Positions 1-11,037 of a DNA stretch of 64,000 bases are shown piece after piece (the stretch's first letter is position 1; each line of letters opens with the position of its first letter). The notes beneath the pieces were generated by a model. That model ran no database searches. It saw only the letters and a program-made list of their open reading frames with translations, and was not told where the DNA came from. This stretch comes from Macrostomum lignano. Lineage: Eukaryota. A program made the position numbers and the translations under genes. The stretch is from contig NIVC01002600.1 in the NCBI GenBank assembly GCA_002269645.1, positions 94,110 through 158,109 of the forward strand, given 5' to 3'.

Positions 1-689
1 TTTATACAAGCTAATTTTTGTTTAAACTAGCAGTAAATTTTAGTATAAATAGAAGCATTTTTGGCAGAGGAGAGACCTACCTTGCATATTGTGGTTCCTT
101 AAAAAAAGAAGGCCAGTATCAAATAGTAAGAGTACCAAGTAAATGTTATTGAAGATTGTTTTCTGAGTTAATTATTTGCAAAGTAAAGTGAAATAGACCA
201 AAGCATATATGGTATATACTACTACTGAGAGGCAGAAGTGTTAAGTAGTAGGAGAATACAAAGTAGATCCTAAATTGATACAAGCAAGAATAACTGGAGG
301 CTGTGACCCTCTGATCTTGGTAATATCTAGGACTGAAAGTACATGCAATACATCTACCAGTAAGCTAATACACTGCTCAGGCCATAATAACAGTAGAACA
401 CAGCTTGTATACCAAGAATAATACTAAGAATAATACTCAGACAACTACTTAGATGTATACTCAGACTAATTCTAAGAAACATTTTTAGAGTTATTCTAAA
501 AATAATAAACTCATAATTTATTAATAGAATAGTCTTGGTGGCAGCTACCAACAATTATAAAGACAGAAGTTAAGCCATGTTACAACTTTAGTGACCTCAG
601 TAGGATTTTTAATAGAGAGAAGCTTTAGCCCATTACAACTTGTTGGCATTAGTAGAATAGCTAAAAGAGGGAAGCAAACCCCTACAACA
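1..689. mobile_element. LTR-like dispersed repeat, copy A (left end runs off the window)
   Basis: Aligns by eye over its length with the reverse complement of 18092-18890 (e.g. AATAACTGGAGGCTGTGACCCTCTGATC vs AATAACCGGAGGCTGTGACCCTCTGATC). Has a TATAAATAG box and TGGTGGCAGC (PBS-like) motifs, and ends ...CCCCTACAACA. The LTR class is inferred. Confidence 0.6.
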
Positions 690-1106
690 TGTATATTACT
701 TATAAATTGGACTTGTTTTAGTTATTTATATTTGTTGCTGCATATAAACTATATAAATATAAAGCTTTTAAGCAATTAGGTCCTAATCATTAAGATTATT
801 TTTACTTTTAACAATATTTGAAAATCAAAGAACCAAAAAATGGTAATTCCATTGCAATTTTCATGCATTTGCTATACTAAAAATACAAAGGAGAATACAA
901 TATAGTTGTAACTATTTTATTATTTAACAAATTCTGCATAGATAAACACTTGCAAAATTTAATATCAATAAACATAATAACAGGGCCTAGTATAGCTTAA
1001 AAAATCTGTATAAATGCTAAGCCTAAATTGTTAATTTATTAGCTTATTTGCCTTGTATTATATCTTGTTGCTAGATTGACTATTGCTAAATTGATTGTCA
1101 CTGGAT

Positions 1107-1182
1107 CATACATGCCCAACACCTGTCCAACCCATCCGAACTGGATAGGTAAAATGGCTGCTGGCCAAGGTAAGTCGCAAAA
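1107..1182 (-). mobile_element. Truncated right end of the 28S-bearing MITE family
   Basis: CATACATGCCCAAC...CCAAGGTAAGTCGCAAAA matches the reverse complement of the right ends of 3063-3359 and 47032-47306. Confidence 0.7.
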
Positions 1183-1328
1183 TCGAAAACACAAAACAAA
1201 AAAATTGGGGAAAAAAGAGAGGAAAAGGAAAATAGAGGAGGGAGAAGAGAGAGGAAAGAGGAGAGAGAAAGAGAAAGGAAAGAAAAGAGAAAAAGGCAAG
1301 AAAAGTCATGTACAAAATGAAAATTAAA

Positions 1329-1598
1329 TTGCAATTGGGGGAACTAAGTTGCAGTCAAGAAGAAATAAGTTGCAATTGGGAGGAACTAAGTTGTAATTAG
1401 GAGGAACTAAGTTGCAATCAAGAGGAACTAGCTTGTAAGTTGCAATCAGGAATAACTAAGTCACAATTGGGAGGAACTAAGTCGCAATTGGAAGGAACTA
1501 AGTTGCAATCGGGAAGAACTAAGTTGCAATCAGGAGGAACTAAGTTGCAATTGGGAGGAACTAAGTTGCAATCAGGAAGAACTAAGTTGCAATTGGGA
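1329..1598. repeat. 21-bp minisatellite (GGAGGAACTAAGTTGCAATCA-like, about 12 units)
   Basis: Direct tandem units visible in the sequence. Confidence 0.9.
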
Positions 1599-1820
1599 GA
1601 TTTTTTGGCTGTCATCTAGGCATTGTATATATGGCAAATTTTAGAAGACATGATACATAGAAGGCTCTAATTTGTGTGCAGCACAATGGTATTGGAAGAA
1701 ATTGTTTCTTGCCCATGGTTTTAGCAAACTTGTAAGTCCAACTCAATTTCTTGTCATCACACATGCTTCAACTGTTGTAACACCCTGTAAATAGCATCAT
1801 TTTCACTCTTGCATGCGCAG

Positions 1821-2900
1821 TTACATCTTTTCAAAGTACTCTCCAGCAGATTCAATGCAAATTTTCATGCATTCAAACCATTTGCTGAAGCAGCTGGACC
1901 AATTATAAGCAGGCACCTTCTCCACATGCCAGATGAAAGCCTCCATTGCAGCTTCTGGCGATCCATAGCAGATCCTATGCATCTTGCACTTGATTTGTAG
2001 AAACACAAAAAAGTTGCAAGGGGGCAGGTCAGGGCTGTAGGGTAGATGACCAAGCTCTTGAATTCACTCTCTGGTCAGGAACTCCGCCACCTGTCGAGCC
2101 ATGTGGGCTGGGGCATTGTTATGATGGAGAAGGATGCCCTAAGCTTGAGTCCTTGGGCGATGCCTAGAGAGAGCACTTAGCACTTCTGGCAGGCAAACCT
2201 TGGCATACCAGTTACCAGTGACTTTGCGCTGCTGCATGAGTGGAACTATGGCTAGATAACCAGTTTTTGCCACAAAAAATAGCATCTGCTTTGCCATGTT
2301 GTGCTTTTGCTGAAGCTTGGATGGTAGGATGCCACCAACTGGAGTCCACTGGGCCAACTGCTGCTTAGTCTATAGGTCGAAACTATAGATCCAGAACTCG
2401 TCACCACTGACAATATCCCAGACTGAGTTTGAGCTATCTTCATTGAATCTGTCAAGCATGGTGCGGCACCAGGTCACCTGAGCCTCTTTCTACTTTGGAG
2501 TCAGCTTATGAGGCACCTAGCGTGCAGAAATCTTGCTTAGATTTATTATTTATCCTTTTACCCTTAGCTGTGAATGCAGGATTATCCTAATAGATCCTGA
2601 TAAGATGCCCACCTCTGCCTCTATCTAGACCATAGTCACTTGGACATTATCTTCAACCATGGCCCAGACAGCAGCAACATTATCCTTGGTTGTTGCAGAG
2701 ACAGGCCAGCCGCTGCGCTCTTCATCATCTAGACTCTGTTTGCTGCATCGAAATTTAGCAAACTAGTCAAAAATGATAGATCTAGATGGTGCTTCATCTC
2801 CAAAAGCTTCTTGCAATCACTTAAGACTTTCTTGCTACCATAAACCACTTTTAAAATTGTAATAAATCATTGCTCTAAATTGACTCCTTTTGAGCTCCTT
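1821..2900 (-). pseudogene. Decayed mariner transposase
   Basis: Minus-strand translation gives QEAFGDEAPSRS..FD*FAKF (HTH), DDEERSGWP, KQMLFFVAKTGY, GILLHHNNAPAH, HLPYSPDLPPCNFFVF and KWFECMKICIESAGEYFEKM*. These are mariner DD34D motifs with stops and frameshifts. Confidence 0.9.
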
Positions 2901-3062
2901 TGTGAATTTGATAGATAGGGTAGGTAGGCCTATGTTAGCTTGGTTTGGGTGTTGCACTGGCTATATATGACTAGTGTGTCTGAAACTTTACAAACAATAT
3001 ACTTATATAATGCGCTTGACACTTATGGTGTCAGATTTTGTCAGCTGCCTCTCAACTAGGCC

Positions 3063-3359
3063 CATACATGCGCAACGTCCAAAATTCGGTCGGCCGTGCG
3101 ACTTAGTTTTAACAAAAATGCGACGTAGTTTTTGGCCAAAAATGCGACTTACATGTAAAAAAACCCTAAAGCAAAATTAACGCAACTTTGGGTAAACGGC
3201 GGGAGTAACTATGACTGTCTTATCAGGCAAAAATGCCTCGTCAGCTACTTAGTACTACTGCGTGGGTATTTTTTGGGTGGGCATTTTTGCGACTTCCTTG
3301 GTTGGCTGCCAAATCAGTCGGCCGGATCGGCCGACTCGGCCGACTGTTGCGCATGTATG
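3063..3359 (+). mobile_element. Non-autonomous DNA transposon (hAT/P-type MITE) carrying a 28S rRNA fragment, copy 1
   Basis: Perfect 14-bp TIR CATACATGCGCAAC/GTTGCGCATGTATG, 8-bp TSD ACTAGGCC (3055-3062 and 3360-3367), subterminal CGGCCGA and GCGACTTA repeats, and a 28S-like segment at 3190-3253. Confidence 0.88.
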
Positions 3360-6300
3360 ACTAGGCCTATGCACATCCAGAAACTTATTGCTTAGCCTTC
3401 ATAACTGTTTTTTTCTCTCTAACTTTCTGTTTGGGCACATCTGGAAACTTACCCCCCTCCCCAGTCTTTTAGTGTGGTAGTGCATAGGTAAGTAACAAAT
3501 CTGGACAAAACTAAGTTGCACCAGATGGGTGAAATTTTGAGGTTGGGCATGTATGCACTAGATCATATATTGTCATATCCTCTTATTGCCTAATTAATTG
3601 CCTGATACTGCCTATCTAGTGTAGACAAAAACAAAATAATAATAGGCCTAGGGCCTACACATACTCATATTGCACCATATTAGCACTAGGCCTAGGCCTA
3701 AAATGACAGTCACTAGATTGATTGTAGGCCCCTAACTAAAGTAAATACAATCCCTACGACCCTACTGATTAATTAAACTAAGTTGACGTAGGCCCTGCAC
3801 TAGTGTAGTCCCTAGCCTACTTGCTACTTCTGCGTCTGTGACTCTGTACTAAAGGCCTAGGCCTACACCATTTTATAGTTCGAAATAGTGCTTTACTTTA
3901 TATTGAAGGAAGTTTACAACATTAAGAACTTTAGAAAGTTACAGTAGGCCTAGGCCTGGCCTAATTAACTATAGTAGGCCTAACTTATAGTGGCCTAGCT
4001 TTCTTAATTTAAAGCTTCGATAACTTACTTAAGCCCTCAGCCCTTATGGTAAACAACAATACAACATCAAACAACAAGTTCTACATGCTGCTGCTGCTGA
4101 CCATGACGAGTGATGATGAGCACTAATTGTTTAAATTTTATTCGAATTTATATTTTATAGCTACCTCAAATATTATGCATATGAATCTCATTCACATATT
4201 TAACAAGCAAAAGGCCGGAACACAATTACATTCCTGATTGTCTGTTGCATATTGTAATTTGTTTTTGTGTAAAAGTTTTCTAAGAAAAAATTAAAACCAT
4301 AACTAAAAATAAAGCGGGCTTCGTGACTATTACAGTAATCCTGAGCAATGTTAATTAATTGATGCATTTGATATACATTTATTGTTAAGTATTTTGCAAT
4401 CACTCAAAAAGAGTAAAGGAAAGTTTAGTGCGTAGTAACACGTGATGTTAATATAGAAGTTTTGTCTACACTTCAAGTTTAAGTATTGGTTAGCAATTAG
4501 CATGAATTGAAAATTTTCAAGTAGACCTACAGTCACCTACTTACCCTACTTACCTTATTTTTACCTACTATGCCATTTTGACTATGCCTATTGTCAGTAT
4601 TGAATAGAAGACAAGTTATTTGAAAGTATGCCTATTTCAAGTTGGTCTAGGGCCTATTCATTAATTATTAGGCCTAGCAACTGTGACAGTAAGAAGTAGG
4701 CCTATTGCTTGCATTGCCATTGGCATAGGCATAGGCCTATTAATACTTTTAAATTTAATGATCCTCTTAATTGTCTTGCTAAAATATGCAATTAATTAAT
4801 TGTTGAACGAAACTAGAATCCCTACAACTCTTAATTTATCCTTTTAAAAACTAAGCTAGTAATATTGGTCCTCATTGTTCATTCATCAGCTCAAGTATTT
4901 TTGTGTTTAAAATTAAAAATCAAAGGTTGGGGCAGGGCCTAATTGTAACTAGAGTCCTGTCATGAGCCCATAGTTTATATGCCAAGTATACCAAAAATTA
5001 GAAATGTGACTTTGTCCAGGTCAATATCAAGTATACCAAGTCCAAAGTTTTACAATTATACAACTTTACTTTTGCATTGCAACAATAAAAAACCTTTTTC
5101 TATTGTTATGTTTGATATCTTATATGCACATTATAACAAAATAGGTGTTGTGTCTTTTTCTCATTTATAAAAACTTGCAATTATATAAAGTTCTAGTTGA
5201 TTTATCTAAATTCTATAAAAGCATTAACAAATTTAATTACTATTATTATTTATTTGTTTAAATATTCCCATCACCTCTCAACTGCTTACATTTTTCTTTG
5301 AAATGTTCTACCTTTTGTTATAGAAACTAGATTCTTTGTACCTTTTTTCAAAGTGCATTTTATATTACTTTTTTATATGCTATTGCATTGCTAAATATAA
5401 CTTTTTTAGGATTCAAGCAGACCAAATATGCCAATAGATCTATATAGTAATTTTGCACTATTTGTCTATTAGTCTATCAAACAAATAGCAGATTGAATGA
5501 GAAATAGCTTTGAATAGAAAGTGGATCAAATATTCAAAAAATGATTTTTCAATGCTTGTAATGGGTGCATTGTTTTTTAATTAAATTGTTCAGTTCAACC
5601 ATTTAGGCTTCTTTGACCTTGGCCAATGTATAGTGTAGGATATAATATTAAGAATAAAGCTAAATGAGTTTTATGACCTTTGTGTAGCATAATAAGCTTA
5701 TAAATGGTAGGGTTTGTTTAATTTTATTATGGTTTACAATTAATAGACAATTAATAAAAGTGTGGGTATATATAAGAGGGGGTAAAAAGGTAGCCTGCAA
5801 TTTATCAACCCCCTAAACTGCTCTGATCTTGTTTGTCTTATTTTATGAATACACAATACTAGGTAATACAGTTGCAGTTAGAGGCAATGAATAGGCCTAT
5901 CTAATAGGCCTAATTAATTCAAATTCATTTGGAAAATTGGTATATCAAATTTATACCAATTGTAAGTGGGCCAAATATTTGAAAACAAGTTTTTAATGCT
6001 TATAATGTTAGAACTTTTAATTTGAATACTTACTATTAAAGGCTTAGTGCCATAGTGTTCTTATATATATTCAGCAACATAAAAAATTTGCCATCATGGA
6101 AGATTTCTATTTGTCTCTTTTGAAAGTAGTCTCTCCATCTTTGTAATGGCAACACTTGCTACACTGCGGTAAGGTTGAGTTAAGGAATAAAGTGGGAAGA
6201 TACAATGTGCAAGGTTTTGTTAGATGGATTAAAGCTACCCAATCAGTTTTTTTGTATCTTTTACTTATAGAATAATAATCCAAGAGACATTGCTCACTAG

Positions 6301-7740
6301 TGCATAGAGTGGCAACTTTTCAGTGGCAAGTAATCAAATATATATAAAATTTGAAAAATGCAAAAATCAATCTGGAATTAGGTAAAATATTCAAAAAAAT
6401 GTTTTTCATGCTTTCAATATTTGAATTTTAATTTAAATGCCTTTAGGAAGGCTTAATGCACTAGTATATCCTAAAAGTAATGGCTTTTTCTGGGGTCAAG
6501 TGTGTCTAGCAATAAGCCTCAAGCCTCAATCTTGTCAATACCTTTATAAGTTTTGTATTCTTATTTCCTTATGCCTATTTACCTCATTTCTAACACCTAT
6601 AATAATCTTTTATGGCTTCTATTGCCCTATTTTAAGCCTTAATTTCAATTTCCCAATTCCAAGCCTTTAAGGCTTCTCCTATCTTGTGCTTTATGCACTA
6701 TAATCTTTGTTGGGCTTTATGCCTTGGTAATACACAAACTTAAAAGACTAGGGTCCTAAAGATTGAATTTCTCAAAAGGCTCAAAAAGTTAACTGTTTAT
6801 TTTAGATAGGTTAGTTAGTTATGGCTACTTTTATAGAATAATCAGGTAGAATTTTATTAGATAATGTTTAGCAAAACAAATTCACAGTTTTTAACAAATT
6901 AAAACAAATCAAATTTTATAAATCCATTAGCATGTTGATATGGTCTATGATAGTGACTTATAGAATCAAAAGTCAGTTATCTAATAGTTGCTCTTTTACC
7001 TTCAAGACAAAAAAGATATTCCAGACCCAGGTCCACCATGTAACCAGGATGAAGAATAATCTTGATATTGCTGCTAGCAAAGAAATCAATAGTCCTTAAT
7101 AGTGTATATATTGGTATTGTCATAGTGCAGGCAGGTATTGCAGCAGTTATATTTGATAATTCTATTATAATCACCTTTGGGAGACAGATGCTAGTATACT
7201 ATTGTGCTCATAGTTTATTCGTTTTACAATACCACTTGCAATTTAATCAGTTTTTTGAGAAAAAAGGTTGTCAAAAGCCTGTTAGCACTCTATCTACAAT
7301 TTCATAGGTGAAAACTTGCCATTGAAGCAGCAGACAGTTGATTAGCATTTAGTGTCTAGATCAAGCTAATAGATCTGTTTTGTTACCCATGAAAACATCA
7401 CCTATGTCTAGCACACCACGACTAGTGCCTCCATTGAAGTGAGTGAGAAAATGAGGCACCCATTGTATACACAGCTTCTACATATGCCAGTGTTAGTGTT
7501 GAATGGTCTGAAGCTTCAACTTGCCTAGTTTCAATGTCCAGAACCTCTTGTAGCTGACTGTATCTGCTTCACAATTCTAAAGCCAAAACTTTACTTAGCC
7601 ACTTTTTCTTACCCTAAAAATTAATGTTTTTCTATATAAAAACTTACAATTATTAAAAGCAGAAAATTTCTCTTGATTTCGGATCCTATCTGCTATTTCT
7701 TCTAGTCTAGCACCTAAAATTTGGCCTGTTTGCAGCAACA

Positions 7741-9108
7741 ATGTCCAGCACAGCTGATGACAATGACGACAATGGAGAAGATCGCGCCGTGCTTGTGCAG
7801 TTTGTCAGCGAGACTGGCGAGGAAGCTGGGCCGCCCCTGCAGGCTCTGCTGGGATCTACAGTAGCAGATCTAAAGGCGACACTCGATGCTCAATTGATAG
7901 TCCAGAGTGGGGATTATGATGATCAAGTTATTTATAAGTGAGTAGTATGCTTTGCTAGGTAGTGCGTTAGGGAGTTAGTAGGGGGGGGGGGCTTGTCAAT
8001 TCTTTGGGAAATGATTCGCCCCCCCCCCCCGGTGATCAAAATAGCTCTACAATATGCGCAGCTTAATGAAAACCAAGAATTTTTGCTTCAGGGTGCCAAA
8101 AAAGGCCTGCGGCGCCAAAGGGAGTGTCTGTGGCGCCAGAAGGAGTGCCTTTGGTGCTAAAATGAGAGTCTTCGGCGACAAAATAAGTGTCTGCAGTGCC
8201 AAAATGAGTGCCTGCAGCGCTAAGATGAGTACTTGTGGTGCCAAATTGAGTGCCTATGGCGCCAAAAATGAGTGCCTTTGGTGCCAAAATGAGTGCCTGC
8301 GGCTCCAAAATAAGTGCTCAGCGGCGCTAAAATAAATTTAGCCGGATATGAAAGCTGATTAATAACCTAAATTAAATATAGCTGCGCGTAGATTCGAACC
8401 TGCGACTAACTGCGCCCTACATATTCCCTACCCCAGATTTTTCGTAGACGAAGCGGAAGTGGCCACCAGTCTAGCTGGCGCTGTCGACTGCGGCCGAGTC
8501 AACGAGCGCCTGCTCCGCATAGTCTACCAACCGCAAGCGCTGTTTCGTGTCCGCCCGGTGACTCGCTGCACCTCCAGCTTGCCCGGCCACTCGGAGGCCG
8601 TCCTATCGGCGGCATTCTCGCCTGACAGCCGGAATTTGGCCAGCGGATCCGGAGACGCCGCCGTCAGATTCTGGGACTTGTCAACCGAGACGCCTTTGCA
8701 CGAGTGTCGGGGACACAAGCACTGGGTGCTGTGCATTGCCTGGTCGCCGGACGGCCGGCGCCTGGCCAGCGCCTGCAAGCGCGGCCAGATTTGCCTGTGG
8801 TGCCCGGACACTGGCAAGCAGATTGGCCGGCCGCTGGCTCGGCACACGCAGTGGGTGACCAGCTTGGCTTGGCGACCGCTGCATCTGGATTCTGAGTGCA
8901 GATTATTGGCATCGGCGTCTAAGGATTGCACTGTGATACTGTGGGACACCATTGTTGGACAGGTTAGCCGGGTTATTAGCGGACACGAGCAGGCCGTGAC
9001 TCAGGTGAGTAACTTGGGGGCTGTGTTGATTTTTTAAAATTTTAAATAAATAGGAAAGGTGGATAGACGGGCAGACAGACAGACACTAAGGTTGGCAGAC
9101 AGACAGAC

Positions 9109-9139
<31 letters not shown>

Positions 9140-10389
9140 CTAAGACAGGACAGTAGGAAGGCAGATTGATAAGCAAATGTTCAAATGCCTAAGTTTTAGA
9201 CACTATCAAAAATGAATAAATTAAAATCGTGGTCCAGGCAATATACTTGAAAACCCTCACCCTCCATCCCATTGCACAGGTGCGCTGGGGCGGCACCGAC
9301 CTGCTGTACACGGGCAGCCGGGATCGGACAGTCCGAGTTTGGCGCGCTGACGACGGCGCCCTGTGCCGCACCCTGCAGCAGCACGCGCACTGGGTGAACA
9401 CTCTGGCGCTCAGTACGGACTACGCTATGCGGCTTGGTGCTAACGAGCCTGGCAAGCCGGCACCGGAGATTGGCGCGCCAAGAACTGAGCTGTGCGAACG
9501 GGCCCGGCGAGTCTACGAGGCTGCCAGGTTAGGCAATTAGACAATAGAAGACTACGGCTTCCTTAGCATCATGTTTAGTCTCCATGCAGTTTGCTAGGGT
9601 TCTTAGTGTGATTATATAATGCCCCCGATCTCATTGGATAATGCTCCCGATCTCATTGGATAATGCTCCCGATCTCATTGGATAATGCTCCCGATCTCAT
9701 TGGATAATACTCCCGATCTCATTGGATAATGCTCCCGATCTCATTGGATAATGCTCCCGATCTCATTGGATAATGCTCCCGATCTCATTGGATAATGCTC
9801 CCGATCTCATTGGATAATGCTCCCGATCTCATTGGATAATACTCCCGATCTCATTATATAATGCTCCCCATCCCATTGGCTAAGAACCAAGTACTTTACC
9901 CTTCATTCTCCCGCCCATCCCAGACGCGACCAGCCGGAACGCCTCGTATCAGGGAGCGACGATTTCACGCTAACGCTGTGGACCCCGGAGACCGACAAGC
10001 GGCCCGTGGCCCGCCTAACCGGCCACCTGCAGCTGGTCAACGATGTCCGATTTAGCCCGGACGGCCGCTTATTGGCTAGCGCCAGTTTTGATAAATCTGT
10101 CCGATTGTGGGACGGCCGGACAGGCAAATTCTTGGCCACCCTGCTTGGCCATGTTGGCCGAGTCTACCAGGTGGCCTGGTCGGCCGACAGCCGCCTATTG
10201 GTATCGTCTAGCGCCGACAGCACCCTAAAGCTGTGGGACATTGGCGCTGCTGGCGGCAAGAATCGTTTAAAGCCTGTGAACGATTTGCCCGGCCACGCTG
10301 ACGAAGTTTACGCAGTCGATTGGTCGCCCGACGGCCAGAAAGTGGCCAGCGGAGGGAAGGATCGCGAATTGAAGCTGTGGCGAAACTGA
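7741..10389 (+). CDS. NLE1: Notchless homolog (NLE domain + WD40 repeats; ribosome assembly factor), 492 aa
   Basis: Exons 7741-7937, 8437-9004, 9280-9527 and 9924-10389 join in frame at GT-AG sites. Motifs IVYQPQALFRVRPVTRCTSSLPGH, RLVSGSDDFTL and LPGHADEVYAVDWSPDGQKVASGGKD. Confidence 0.96.
7968..8419. mobile_element. MITE-like insert in NLE1 intron 1 with ~20-bp GCGCCAAAATGAGTGCCT subrepeats
   Basis: G/C-run ends and internal subrepeats shared with the hAT MITE at 50336-50640. Ends are only imperfectly inverted and no clear TSD is seen. Confidence 0.5.
9065..9145. repeat. (GACA)n microsatellite, NLE1 intron 2
   Basis: Direct observation. Confidence 0.85.
9612..9870. repeat. 22-bp minisatellite (GATAATGCTCCCGATCTCATTG), NLE1 intron 3
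   Basis: About 11-12 near-identical tandem units with no spacers. Confidence 0.92.
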
Positions 10390-11037
10390 AGATTACAAGT
10401 GGAATAGTTTAGCTTAATTAAATTGGTGTTTTTATCCTACTGTTAGTAGGCAACAGGAGCATTTTATATTTAGCGCACTTTGTTGGATTCAAATTGCCTC
10501 ACTTCCCGGAGACCTTGTCAAGAAAGTAATAAAATTGTGACTGTCTAAAACTTTTTTGCATGAAAAATTGCCTTTTTGAGTTGTATTAATTTTTCTTCCA
10601 CTGCCAGCCATCCCATCAGCTTCTATATGTTGGAGATTATAAACGCACGTTCGATTCACACCTATTAGGGCCAACCCCAAAGACACAGAGAGTGTACATG
10701 CCTGACAATTAGAAAGTCCGGACCGCTGTACACCCTGTGTGAGCGTGTCCGCGCTCTTGTATGTGCTCAGCGGTCAATGTCGCCGAAGGAGTATGAGAGG
10801 TGGAACAGCCCGAACTAATCATCTAGTAAGCCTACTTGCAGTAGTCAAAGTTGAATTTAACAAAATACTAAACAACGGCCCCCGCAGCAGCAGCAGCAGC
10901 AGGCGTCAGGCCACAGCGGCACTATCCGCACCTGTACCGGATGTCAGCGCCAATTCTATCAGCTGACTGAGTTGAGCCCGGCGGCCGATTGTACAAGCTT
11001 AGCTGATGCCAGACCTTGTCGGCACTGCTTAGACGAA

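Noticed and set aside
1620-1790. Possible Tc1-like terminus (TACAGGGTGTTACAA on the minus strand)
   Set aside because: No matching second end found.
3190-3253. 28S rRNA gene
   Set aside because: Only about 64 nt of similarity inside a TIR/TSD-bounded element, with no flanking rDNA; treated as cargo. The same applies to 47138-47201.
9612-9870. CRISPR-like arrays (also 30955-32100, 32448-33905, 48870-49165)
   Set aside because: Units abut directly with no unique spacers, the context is eukaryotic introns, and there are no cas genes.
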